From contig JBHGNT010000021.1 in NCBI GenBank assembly GCA_043228905.1, forward strand, positions 6,758,001 through 6,822,000: a stretch of DNA of 64,000 bases, written 5' to 3'. Shown here piece after piece: positions 1 through 10,867 of this stretch. The notes beneath the pieces were generated by a model. That model saw only the letters and a list, made by a program, of their open reading frames with translations, was not told the DNA's origin and made no database searches. Origin of the DNA: Azolla caroliniana. Lineage: Eukaryota > Plantae > Polypodiophyta. A program made the translations under genes and the position numbers. Each line of letters starts with the position of its first letter. Within the stretch, counting starts at the first letter, position 1.

Positions 1-978
1 CGGATGACAAGGACCAAGCGGGCCATGCAAAAAGCGAACATAGAATATGGTGGATCGGATGGCGACAATGGTTCGGGTGGAAAGAATGGGTCTACTCCAA
101 ATGGAGAGACAAAGTCAACATAACAAGAGAAGTCGAGGGTACTACGAGCCGGCAACGAAACCAATCGGGTAGAGACCGGACGGAGGAGACTAACAAACAC
201 CAACAACTTCGGCACATACCGGAGGATGTGCGGGTTTGGAGGGGGTGAGTGTCGTAGTGTATTTTGTACACTACGTGAAAAACGTATATAGTATTAGATT
301 CAATAAAAAATGAAGAAATAGAAGAAAATAGCAAAATAAATGGAACATGCATAGGGCAAGATTCGAACCTTGCACCTCCATGTTAATAATGTAATGTCTT
401 ACCATTACACTAGCATTTCATTAGTGTTAAAGCATAGATGTCCCACATAGAAAGGTAAATTCACGCTAGGATAAACATTAGAAAAACGCATAACAAAAGA
501 AAAAGCTACACATACACATCTAGCGTGCATGATAAAAAACGCACAAGTTAGAAAAAAGCATGATCACTTTAGATAAAGCATATAGTCTATCTATAGGAAA
601 AGCATGGGGTCTATAGTTAGAGAAAAAGCATGGATTACTAAGACTTCCTCATCACTACATAAGGATGGGGAGCACAATGTAATTGTGTGTGAAAAATATT
701 TGGAAACTGGATATGTTTCTAAAAAACACCAATTAATAAACTATACTCGTGGGATTCACGAGAATTCTATATCATTCTCTTTCAACCGAAGTTTATATTC
801 TTATATTCATATTGATTAATCTAATACAATACACTCGTGGGATTCACGAGTTTGCTATAACTCTTTCTTACAACATATTTATATTCTTATTAGCCTTAAA
901 ACTCTCCTCTTCCTAGTCCAAAACCCCAGTGGTTCCCACCCGACTCACGCAAACGATCCGGAGCCGAAAGGCACGACA
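1..978 (+). mobile_element. 3' end of a fungal-type (Ylt1-like) Ty3/gypsy element: G-rich PPT 238-249 and 3' LTR 250-978
   Basis: LTR termini TGTCGT...ACGACA. The PPT context (gaggatgtgcgggtttggagggggtgag|TGTCGT) and the LTR end (ccagtggttccc...cacgaca) match the element at 46198-54068. It interrupts the RNase H of the minus-strand gypsy at 979. Confidence 0.8.
341..419 (-). ncRNA. tRNA-like Pol III cassette inside LTR (not a functional tRNA gene)
   Basis: Minus strand has A-box TAGTGTAATGG (402-412) and B-box GGTTCGAATC (360-369). D-stem GTGT/ACAT and T-stem GCAAG/CTTGC, ending ...TTCCA then a T-rich run. Confidence 0.65.
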
Positions 979-983
979 CCGTA

Positions 984-3900
984 TCTGTTTTGTTGATAGT
1001 CTTGGTTGTGATTGAAAGTATTGCAATGATATAGTATCAATCACTACCTTTGTGAATTTAACTTGCACATAATGCCTCCACTTCCGTAGTGCATATACTA
1101 CAGTGAGCATTTCTTTCTTGTGGGTAGGCCATCTACTTTCTATTTCTGAAAACGTTTTTGACTCGTATGCAATTGGATGACCATCCTGCATTAGGACTGC
1201 CTGCCCCATACGCATAATCTGATGCATCAATATGAATTTCAAAAGGCCTAGTGAAATTCGGTAGTTTCAACACTGGATGAGAACACACTGCCTCCTTCAA
1301 CTAGTCAAAAGCATGTTGTTCTATTTCGGACCACTTAAATGCTTGCGAGCCTTTGATAAGATTTGTGAGTGGAGCAGCAATTGCACTAAAATTCTTAATA
1401 AACTTCCTGACATATTGTACAAAACCAATGAATTGTTGTACCTCAATTACTTTGGTGGGTCGTGGCCATTTCTAAACCGCATCCACCTTAGCGGGATCCA
1501 TCTTTAGTCCGTCTCTTCCTACTCGGAACTTGAGAAACTCTAGCTCCCTTGTGGCAAATTCTCATTTCTCGGGTTTGGCGTAAAATTGATGCTCCCGTAA
1601 TCTCTATAGAACTTGGGTGACATGTTGTTTATGCTCTTCCAACAACTTGCTAAAAATCAACAGATCATCAATATAAATATTAACAAATTTATCCAAATAA
1701 TCTCGAAATATTTCATTCCCAAGTCTACAAAAGGTTCATGGTGCTCTGGTTAGGCCAAAACTCATCACAAGCCATTCAAAACTTCCATATCTCATTCTGA
1801 AGGTTGTTTTCTCAATATCTTCTGTGGCTATTCAGATCTGGTGATATCTGGATCGTAAATCAATGCGAGAGAAATATTGGGCTCCTTGTAATTGATCCAA
1901 TAGGTTAGGTATTAAAGGTAATGGATACTTACTTTTTATTGTAATCTTATTGAGTGATCTGTAATCCATACACATGCGTAGTGTGCCATCTTTCTTAGCC
2001 ACGAAAATTACTGGTGCATTGTAGGGTGAGTTGCTTGGTCGGATAAATCCACATGCTTCCAGCTCTTGCAATTGTCATTTAAGCTCTTCTAATTGAGCAA
2101 CACTCATGCGATATGGTGCTTTGGCAGGTGGTATGCTTCCTGGTACGATCTGAATTTTGTGGTGGCAGCGCTTTAGGTAATTCCCCTGTTAGCGTGTCAT
2201 CGAACTGTTCGATTATTATTTTTAAACTTTTGTCACCCAGTTGGATCTTACTTGTTGTTGATTGTGGCTTTGTGATCAGGGCCGTACAGAGAAAAAGTTG
2301 GCCGCCCTTCCTCAAAGCTCTACTTGCCACCTTTGTTGTACATAGACTTGCTACTATGGATGTTGCATTTGCCTTTGTGTTGTGGTTTGTATCCCCTTTG
2401 TGCGTTCTGTGCATGCTCACAATCACCCCTCCTTTTCCATCCTCATTATCCAACAAAAGTTTATCCACTTTTTTGCCAAATTGGTTAATGAAAAATTTAT
2501 CAATCCATTCCAGGCCCAAAATTGCCTCAAAGCCATCCATGTCAACTACCAAAAAGGGTGTTCAACTCGTCCATTCATCTGCTTCTATCAAGACATCAAC
2601 TACTAATGCACATGTATTTGTGAACCCCTGCACAAAGTTGATGGACAGATTGGTTAATGGTTGTAGTTCCAATCCCCATCTCTTGGCACATGCGGGCGTG
2701 ATAAAGTTGTGGGTCGCCCCATTGTCCACCATGGCTTCGCAGCTGTACCCGTTAATTTTTACGTTAAGGAATAAATTGCTTGTATTGTTGAGTTTGATTG
2801 TGAGACGTGTCGGCTATATTGCGATAGCACTTGCGCGCACTATGGCTTCTTCTTCATCGTCCTCGTATTGTGCGACATCCATATCTAGCTCTACCCCCTC
2901 CTCTGTTTCTGAAAGGTTGAGTTGGGAAGTGACTGCTCTTATTGGCAATTGTTTCTTCTTAGGGCATTCGGACACCAACTGTGGTCCTCCACACTCGAAA
3001 CAACCCCTTCTCACCATTGGGGTATGTGGTGATGTTGTTGTTGTATTGCTTGTCGATGATGCTCTGTGTCCTATATTACTTGTCCAGCTTGTTCAGCTTG
3101 TCCGTGATGGCTCCCCACGAGCGATTCCTCTTCCATTTGAGCTAGTGGTTCCTACCCAATTCCGATTGCTAAACATACCTCCTTGATTGTTGTAGAATAA
3201 TCGAGAGCTTCCTTCAATGTCACCTATCCTCTCTGCGATCCTCATGGCTTCTTCCCACGTCTGCGGGTTCATCTTTTCTACCTCCATCCTAATGTGAGGC
3301 CTTAATCTAGATAGGAACCCATGACGCTTGGTAATTTGATGGAGATGTGGTAGTTGCAATGTCACTTGTTTGTACTTCTCTGCATATAAGGTAAGTTTCC
3401 CATCCCCTGCTTTAGCATCTTCCACTCATCCATTATGCGGAGGTGTTCATTTTGTGGGATGAAGTAATCGCACAACTCCCATTTAAATTCTGTCCAAGGT
3501 GTGAATTCGAACACGCTTTCTCTGGACATATACCAGTGTTGTGATGACCCATCCAAAAAACTTGTCAAGACCATTACCCATAGATCGGGTTCTAACTGGC
3601 TTTGGACAAGAAACAGTTCGGTTTCTCTAATCCACCTTGTGAGTATTATCGAATTCCTCTCCCCTGAATACATTCGAGGCTTGAGAGGCTTGAATGACCC
3701 CCAATTATTGCGACGGTCACCCATGTTGCACGATTCCAACCTCTATACCAACTCCTCCAATTTCCCCGGTCCGCCTTCTACGTGCCTCCTTGTGTCTCCC
3801 TCATTTACAAAACCAATCCTTCTTCTTCTCTTGGCAATCTATAATCTTCTAAGTGCATCCTCCCATTCTCCGCTTCCCTGCCATCTTGCTCACCTTTGTC

Positions 3901-3987
3901 TTGTGCGGTCTCCCCCAATAGGGATCCCCCTCCATCCCAAAGCTTCTCCAAATTGAATCCTTTTCTTCGCCTTCTCTCTGCCATCAA
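984..3987 (-). pseudogene. gag-protease-RT-RNase H pseudogene
   Basis: Frameshifted fragments: gag (KPRMYSGERN...), Zn knuckle CFECGGP, protease [42 protein letters not shown], RNase H LMQDGHPIAYES. Confidence 0.9.
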
Positions 3988-4162
3988 TTATGATTATAGT
4001 AAAAAAAGAAAGAAAAAGATTCTTGTCTTTGTGATTACCTTGACCTTCTCATAGCAATTGTATTGGTTTGTTTTTAACGCTTTGCCCTTAGATCTTTCTA
4101 CCCTTTGATACCAAGTGTTACCACCACCAACATGAGTTAACTAAAAGAACATGGTTTAATTA

Positions 4163-4581
4163 TGTTTCCGGCCGGCAAGGAGTCCAAAATACGGAGTGAA
4201 GGAATTAATTAAGTATGGTTGTAAATAAGCATAGTGTGGACGGACGGACTGGAAACGGTATGCCGTTCCAGATCCGGACGGATCCCGAATAGGTGCGATA
4301 GGCACCATTTTGTACTACGGGCCGGAAACCTATTTAAAGGCCCGGACCCCATTGTAATCGCAGCGGATAATTAATAGAGCGTATGGTGTTTATACTTCTG
4401 TGTTGATTTCCGTTCTGTAATTACTGTTATATCTTACGCGTGTAATTAACAAAAGCGCTCTAATCGTGTAACCTACTTAAGTCGGTGTAATCGTTGAGTC
4501 ATAATCCTATGCCGTAATCACCCTTTGGTGAAGTGTCTCCGTGACACCTTGTGTTAGGCCTTGTCCGGTCAGAGAACAACA
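4163..4581 (+). repeat. 5' LTR
   Basis: TGTT...AACA, TATA-like CTATTTAAAGG, direct repeat of 13590-14008. Confidence 0.97.
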
Positions 4582-4587
4582 CAGTTT

Positions 4588-4599
4588 TGGCGACCACGA
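4588..4599 (+). promoter_or_regulatory. Primer binding site TGGCGACCACGA (tRNA-Arg type)
   Basis: Starts with TGG 6 nt after the LTR. Complementary to the ...GTGGTCG-CCA 3' end of tRNA-Arg(UCG/CCG) (recalled consensus). Confidence 0.75.
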
Positions 4600-4634
4600 T
4601 TCCTGCTTTCTCGCAGCGAACGACGGCTTAATGG

Positions 4635-7600
4635 ATGACTAGACCAACGCACGACTTGGTTACAGACCGAGCTCGACGCCTCACCGAACAGCAAAGACGG
4701 CGTGAGACTTTCCAGCAAGCAGCGCACGAAATTCGCTCGGATCGTTCGTTCTCCAACGAGATCCGGAGAGTCGCGGAGGAATCTCTTCGGTTACAGCAAA
4801 CTCGCGACCAGGACGACGGAAGCGGTCTAAGTAGTCTCCGGGAAACCGAACGCCTCCTCGAGGCGCTGGCAAGCGGAGAAAACGAGGCAGAAGCCTTTTC
4901 AGCCTACGAATCGGATTCCGAAGGGGGATACAGCGTGCACACGAACTACCGGAGCAGCAACGATACCCCCGGCGGCCCGGAGGATGACGGGTCGGATACC
5001 GTGCCGATTCCAGAACCGGAACCGTTCGACCAGGGCTATCCGGAACCGCAAACGGAAGCCGTCAACCCACCAACACCGGAAGTGGAAGAAGCAAAGCCAC
5101 CGACACCAACGAAAGAGCCGGTGAAGGAACCGGAAAAAGAACCGGAAAAAGAACCGGAAAAAGAACCGGAAGTGGAACAGGAGAGAAAACCGGAAAGATA
5201 TCGACAAACGCCACTAAACCGCGGCCTAATACTGGACGACGACATGCCGTTCCAATACTCAAAATATCGCGATGATCCGGACGCGGAAGCGCATGTTCAT
5301 GCCTTCGAGCAGACATGGGAAGCAAATCACGCGTCCCAGCGATTGACACCGGAGGAAGAAGAACGCTCGAAGATAGCGGAATTCGGGGTCACGTTGGAAG
5401 GACCAGCGGCACGATGGCGGCGGACGCAGGACCCGGCAACCATCACAACCTTTGCAGAATTAAAAGCAAAATTCTTGCATTTTTTCCACAAGGAGGTCGA
5501 CCAGACGACGATGGTGGGCCTGTTTTATACGATCCGACAGGAGGCAGGGGAAAGCATTCCCCAATTCGTCATCCGTTTCCAACGAATACATAGCCAGCTT
5601 ACCCGTGCACCCCCGAAGGAGGAATTACGGACGATATTTTTAAACGCACTCCGGGAACCGTTACGCACGGTGTGTACGGTGATCGACTTTCGAGGAAGCA
5701 CCATTGACCAGGTCATTGACCGGGTCAGAGAAATGGAAAAGTCAAGCTCATGGCTTACACTGGGAGCACTGCAACGGGCGTTACCCACAGATGAAGATCT
5801 CCGGTTCCGGCAGGCAATTCAATGCACAATCTGCTTGAATGCCGGACACTCGACAGTGGAGTGCACCATGCGAACCCAGTGTGTGATTTGTCAATCCAAG
5901 AGTCATACAACGGACCGGTGCGAGTATAACCTGCTAAACCGACAAGCACCACCCGTTCGACGGATCGAGCCAAGAAGCAGCCGAGACGAAGATGAAGATC
6001 GTTGGCAAAGAATGAACCGGTACCAACCGGCACAGGATGTCCGGTACGGAGACAGACAAGAGAATGATGGCCGGTACGGGGATCGGCATGATAACTACGA
6101 CCGGTATGAGCGATCGGACCGTTATCGGGAGTCCAACAGACGACACGAGCAATACGATAGAGACCATTCCCCTGGTTACCGAAGGCACCAGGAGGACTAC
6201 GGCCGATTTTACGATCCACCACGACAGGACTACCGAAATAAAAATAAGAATAATAAGAAACGTAATTTCAAGAAAGGTGGTCACACTAGGGACCCGGAAC
6301 ATGGAACCCCAAGGAGCCAACCGGCACAGAACGCACCACTCACTACGGGACCGACTCCGGCTACTAGCAATGCTGAATCCAGCAATACCCGTAAAGAGTA
6401 CTGCTACTACTGCAGGCAGGAAGGCCACTACAGTAACCAGTGCCCGGCAAAGAGCTACGATAAACGACCAGCAGTTAATATGGTGGTTCCGGAAGTGGCG
6501 GATGTACAGCAAGTAACCACACGGTCGAAAGGCATGGCCAAAGAGTGGGAAACACAAGAGGCCATACGAAAACAGGCGACGGAATGGGTGAAGGAAGCCA
6601 ATGAAAGGAACGTCGCGGACGCGGAACGGCAAAAGGCGAATACCATAGGGAGTGCCGGCGGTAGCCACGCAGAAAACGAGACATGGCAAGTACTGCAAGA
6701 ATGTCAGATCACGTTGCCATTAGGAAGACTCTTGCAGCTCGTGCCGCGATTTACGGAAGGACTAAAAACGGTCATGACAGACGGTATAGCCCCACCGGCA
6801 CCAGTCCTCTTCTCGAATCCGGAGGAGGGACCGACGGTGGTGGACACTAGTAGTCCGGTGATTACAGCTATTGTCAAAGGGCACGAACTTCCCGGCACAG
6901 TAATCGATGGAGGTTTCGGGGTGAACGTAATAAGCCTCCGCACGTGTGATGCCTTGGGTATACATGAATGGGAGCCATGTCCGTTCTGGCTACGGATGGC
7001 GGATACGAGCTCTGTACGGCCGACGGGCTTAATACGGAAATTGGAAGTCACCATAGGAGGTCACACATTTCACATCTCGGCTGTAGTGCTGCAGCTACAG
7101 GCGCAAGGCGCGTACCCACTGTTGCTGGGCAGACCATGGTTGAAAACAACACACATCAAGCAAAATTGGCGGAAAAATATGATTACCTTCCGGCGCGGAA
7201 AAGCCAAGGTCCGGGTACCGACACAACCACGGACGAGCAACGGTAAGGAATGCACACTGCTGTATGCGGAATGCGTGAACATGCTTGAAGGGTTGGCAGA
7301 CGACGAAGAAGCCCAGTACTTGGAGGAACACCCGAAGATCGTACCACTTTTCGAGATTGACGTGGCTGAAGCCGTAGCGCCATACTTGCCGCAGCGGGAC
7401 GAAACCGAAGCCGAACCAGACAAAGATTCGATTCGGGAATTACGGCAAGCACAGGAAGCGTTGGAACGGGAAATGGCCATTTCCCAACGGGTAAAAACAT
7501 CCCAGCTCGACAAAGTGAACCTAGGAAGCAAGGACGAATCAAAGCCGGTACACATCGCCAAAGAAATGAAGCCGGAAGATAAAGCGGCAATGATCAAACT

Positions 7601-10481
7601 TCTCATGGAGTTTCGCGACGTATTCGCCTGGTCATACGAAGACATGCGAGGGCTGGACCCTCAATTATATCAGCATCAGATCCACTTAGGCAAGGACGCG
7701 AAACCAGTGGCGCAAAGACGTTACCGAATGAACCCCAACTACGCCGCCAAAGTGAAGGAGGAAATCGACAAACTCCTAAGAGTGGGCTTCATCCGGCCGG
7801 TAAAGAAAGCGACGTGGCTGAGCCCCATCGTCGTCGTCCCAAAGAAGAACGGTAAAATCCGCGTGTGTGTAGATTACAGGAAACTCAATGCAGCCACAAT
7901 TACGGATGCATTCCCTCTTCCGTTCACGGATGGAGTACTGGATGCCGTCGCCGGCCATGAAGTTTATAGCTTTTTAGACGGGTTCAGCGGATACAATCAA
8001 ATCCGGATGCACCCTGACGACCAGGAGAAGACAGCGTTCGTCACCGAATGGGGGGTGTTTGTGGCCGTAGTAATGATGTTCGGACTAAAAACGGCACCAG
8101 CAACTTTCCAGCGAATCATCATGGAGATCTTCGGCGAATACATTCCAGCCTTCATGCAGGTTTTCCTGGATGACTTTGCAGTCTATAGCCGGGAAAAAGA
8201 CCATTTGCAGCACCTACGGTTATGCCTTGAAAAGTGTAGGTTATACCGGCTAAGCTTAAACCCAGCAAAATGCATCTTTGGGGTTTCAAGTGGAATCTTA
8301 CTGGGACACATTGTAAGTAAGGAGGGCATTGCGGTCGACCCGGACAAAGTAAACGCGATACTAGGGGCACCGGCGCCGAAAACGGCCAAAGCACTAAGCC
8401 GATTCTTAGGACAGATCCGGTGGCACAGCCGGATGCTCCGTCACTTGGCTGACTTGGCTACACCATTACACACCGCGGTACATCGGACACCGTTCCAATG
8501 GACGGATACGGAGGATAAGGCATACAATGCCCTGAAGGTACTTTTGTCGCAAGCACCCGTCGTACAGCCTCCGGATTGGAGCAAGGAATTTCATGTGTTC
8601 GTGGACGCTTCCGACATCGCTATCGGCAGCGCCTTAATGCAACTTACGGAGCCTAAATGGTACCGGCCGGTATATTACGCCAGCCGGAAGCTGTCCCAAG
8701 CGGAGAAGAACTATTCGACTACGGAACGGGAGGCCCTGGGCATGATCTACAGTGTAACAAAGTTTCGTCATTACCTATTGGGAAGGAAGTTCTCCTTTCA
8801 TGTGGATCACTCGGCGCTCCTGTACTTAGTGTCCAAGGCGTCCTTGACCGGTAAGTTGGCCCGTTGGACCTTGCTGTTGCAGGAGTTCGAATTCGAGATC
8901 TTCCACCGGCCCGGTATCCAGCATGCCGTAGCAGACTACCTGAGCCGGTTAGAGTCCGGAGAATCAGGCGACGGAGTATCGGATGAATTCCCGGACGCAG
9001 AGTTATTCCGTATCACTCCGGAAACGGCAGCGGACGACACGGTGGCATCAGAAGATAGGTGGCTGACAAACATGCACCAGTTCCTAAGCACGGGCCTGCC
9101 ACCGGAGGAAATGAACCGGGACGAGAGGAAACGACTGGCGGTGCAGAGCCGCAATTTCTGTCTGTTACGGGACACTCTCTACCACAAGGGAGCAGATGGA
9201 ATATGGAGACGGGCAGTCCGTAGTGACGAGAAACAAGTAATCTTACGGGAAGCACACTGTGGGGTTGCCGGAGGACACTATGCCGGGGAAGCGACGGCAA
9301 GGAAAGTATGGCAGAGCGGCTTATGGTGGCCCACGACGTTAAAAGACGCCGTCAAGTATGCTAAGGAATGTGACCTATGCCAACGAATGGGCCAGCCTAC
9401 GGAGCAAGCACGTATGCCACACCAACCGGTACTTCCACTAGAGCCATTCCAGAAGTGGGGGTTGGATTTTGTCGGACCGTTCAAGCCACCGGCAATGAGA
9501 ACAGGTAATCGTTATGTCATCGTGGCAACAGATTATTGCACTAAATGGGTGGAGGCTAAGGCCTTGAGAGACAACACCGCGTCATCCACAGCAAAATTCC
9601 TGTACGAAAACATTTGGTGCCGATATGGATGTCCGATTGAATTAATCAGCGACCAAGGAGGGCACTTCCTCGGCCAGGTAGTTGAAAGCTTAACAACGTT
9701 CTATGCCATGGTCCATAAACGGAGCACACCGTACTACCCACAAGCAAACGGGTTAGCAGAGTCAACCAACAAAACGCTCCAGAACATTCTCCGCAAAATC
9801 GTCAATGAAAACCGGACGGACTGGGACACAAAGCTCCATAGCGCGCTATGGGCGTACCGAACGGCATACAAAACAAGTATCCGGACAACGTCGTTCCGGT
9901 TAGCGTTCGGCTTAGAGGCAGTCATGCCGGTGGAATTTCAGGTACCAAGCTTACGGATCCAACTACGGGAACGGCTGAATGAAAAGGAGTCGGAGGAAAT
10001 GCGGCTAGCAGCACTATGCGAACTGGAGGAGCAACGGCTGGCCAGCATCCTACACATGGAACTGGAGCAACGACGACGGAAAGCGTTCGTTGACCGTCAC
10101 CGGAAAGGTAATGAGAAGATGTTCGAAATCGGAAAGCCGGTGCTAGTATTCCAAACGAGGATGGGCAAGATGCCGGGTAAACTCCGGTTTAGATGGACAG
10201 GCCCGTATTGGCTGACACGGGAATACAACGGGTCCTATCAGTTAGGGACACTTGCCGGTGAAGTGCTAGGCAAGTGGGTCAACGGATTTAGACTAAAGCC
10301 CTATAAAGGACCGATGCCAAGTAACCCGTTTATGCAGCCCACCGGCACTATACCGGGAACCTGTCCGGGAACGGTACGGATGGAAGAAAAAGACGACGGG
10401 GAACCCGTAGCAGAGGCGAAGGAAGACACGGCAACCCGTAAGGAAAACGGTAAGGGTCCGAAGGGACCTACGGATGTGTAA
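4635..10481 (+). CDS. Gag-Pol polyprotein (1948 aa): retrotrans-gag, CCHC knuckles, protease, RT, RNase H, integrase
   Basis: Single open frame. Motifs: CYYCRQEGHYSNQC; VIDGGFGVNVI; WLSPIVVVPKKNGKIRVCVDYRKLN and VFLDDF; VFVDASDIAIG; HCGVAGGHY..CDLC; WGLDFVGP..ISDQG..QANGLAE; GPY motif. No chromodomain and no extra aRH. Confidence 0.97.
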   Translation: MTRPTHDLVTDRARRLTEQQRRRETFQQAAHEIRSDRSFSNEIRRVAEESLRLQQTRDQDDGSGLSSLRETERLLEALASGENEAEAFSAYESDSEGGYSVHTNYRSSNDTPGGPEDDGSDTVPIPEPEPFDQGYPEPQTEAVNPPTPEVEEAKPPTPTKEPVKEPEKEPEKEPEKEPEVEQERKPERYRQTPLNRGLILDDDMPFQYSKYRDDPDAEAHVHAFEQTWEANHASQRLTPEEEERSKIAEFGVTLEGPAARWRRTQDPATITTFAELKAKFLHFFHKEVDQTTMVGLFYTIRQEAGESIPQFVIRFQRIHSQLTRAPPKEELRTIFLNALREPLRTVCTVIDFRGSTIDQVIDRVREMEKSSSWLTLGALQRALPTDEDLRFRQAIQCTICLNAGHSTVECTMRTQCVICQSKSHTTDRCEYNLLNRQAPPVRRIEPRSSRDEDEDRWQRMNRYQPAQDVRYGDRQENDGRYGDRHDNYDRYERSDRYRESNRRHEQYDRDHSPGYRRHQEDYGRFYDPPRQDYRNKNKNNKKRNFKKGGHTRDPEHGTPRSQPAQNAPLTTGPTPATSNAESSNTRKEYCYYCRQEGHYSNQCPAKSYDKRPAVNMVVPEVADVQQVTTRSKGMAKEWETQEAIRKQATEWVKEANERNVADAERQKANTIGSAGGSHAENETWQVLQECQITLPLGRLLQLVPRFTEGLKTVMTDGIAPPAPVLFSNPEEGPTVVDTSSPVITAIVKGHELPGTVIDGGFGVNVISLRTCDALGIHEWEPCPFWLRMADTSSVRPTGLIRKLEVTIGGHTFHISAVVLQLQAQGAYPLLLGRPWLKTTHIKQNWRKNMITFRRGKAKVRVPTQPRTSNGKECTLLYAECVNMLEGLADDEEAQYLEEHPKIVPLFEIDVAEAVAPYLPQRDETEAEPDKDSIRELRQAQEALEREMAISQRVKTSQLDKVNLGSKDESKPVHIAKEMKPEDKAAMIKLLMEFRDVFAWSYEDMRGLDPQLYQHQIHLGKDAKPVAQRRYRMNPNYAAKVKEEIDKLLRVGFIRPVKKATWLSPIVVVPKKNGKIRVCVDYRKLNAATITDAFPLPFTDGVLDAVAGHEVYSFLDGFSGYNQIRMHPDDQEKTAFVTEWGVFVAVVMMFGLKTAPATFQRIIMEIFGEYIPAFMQVFLDDFAVYSREKDHLQHLRLCLEKCRLYRLSLNPAKCIFGVSSGILLGHIVSKEGIAVDPDKVNAILGAPAPKTAKALSRFLGQIRWHSRMLRHLADLATPLHTAVHRTPFQWTDTEDKAYNALKVLLSQAPVVQPPDWSKEFHVFVDASDIAIGSALMQLTEPKWYRPVYYASRKLSQAEKNYSTTEREALGMIYSVTKFRHYLLGRKFSFHVDHSALLYLVSKASLTGKLARWTLLLQEFEFEIFHRPGIQHAVADYLSRLESGESGDGVSDEFPDAELFRITPETAADDTVASEDRWLTNMHQFLSTGLPPEEMNRDERKRLAVQSRNFCLLRDTLYHKGADGIWRRAVRSDEKQVILREAHCGVAGGHYAGEATARKVWQSGLWWPTTLKDAVKYAKECDLCQRMGQPTEQARMPHQPVLPLEPFQKWGLDFVGPFKPPAMRTGNRYVIVATDYCTKWVEAKALRDNTASSTAKFLYENIWCRYGCPIELISDQGGHFLGQVVESLTTFYAMVHKRSTPYYPQANGLAESTNKTLQNILRKIVNENRTDWDTKLHSALWAYRTAYKTSIRTTSFRLAFGLEAVMPVEFQVPSLRIQLRERLNEKESEEMRLAALCELEEQRLASILHMELEQRRRKAFVDRHRKGNEKMFEIGKPVLVFQTRMGKMPGKLRFRWTGPYWLTREYNGSYQLGTLAGEVLGKWVNGFRLKPYKGPMPSNPFMQPTGTIPGTCPGTVRMEEKDDGEPVAEAKEDTATRKENGKGPKGPTDV

Positions 10482-10498
10482 GATCACATACCGTCATT

Positions 10499-10540
10499 AA
10501 AAGAAAAAAAAAGAAAAAAAAGAAAAAAGAAAAAAAGAAA
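10499..10540 (+). repeat. 42-nt pure purine (A-rich) tract between pol and ORF2
   Basis: Read directly from the sequence. Confidence 0.9.
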
Positions 10541-10867
10541 TCATTAAAAATCGAGGTATGAACGGACGTGAAAGCAAGGAGCGAAAAGGTACGTAGTGGG
10601 CATTTAAGAGCCGCCACGTTACTTAATACTAAATTGGTACACGACGTGCGCATGCTCGGAAAAGGCGCCAAGACGCACAGAGAAAAAGCAGAACGCATGG
10701 AGACCTTTTCATTTCGCGAGCCAAGAAGCACAGAAGCACCAAGGCAATGGAAGCTTATCAGACGCGAACCTGCACTCAGAGAACCCCCACGTTCGGAACT
10801 CTCTCTCTCTCGCTCTCACTCTCATCACCACTCTACCTCGCCGTCTTTCCTCGACCTCGAAGCAGAC

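Noticed and set aside
341-419. Functional (suppressor, TTA anticodon) tRNA gene
   Set aside because: Mismatched anticodon stem, extra bases before the acceptor strand, and the anticodon arm is not conserved in sister LTRs.
2113-3956. 357-aa and 151-aa plus-strand ORFs
   Set aside because: Antisense shadows of gag-pol with no independent motifs.
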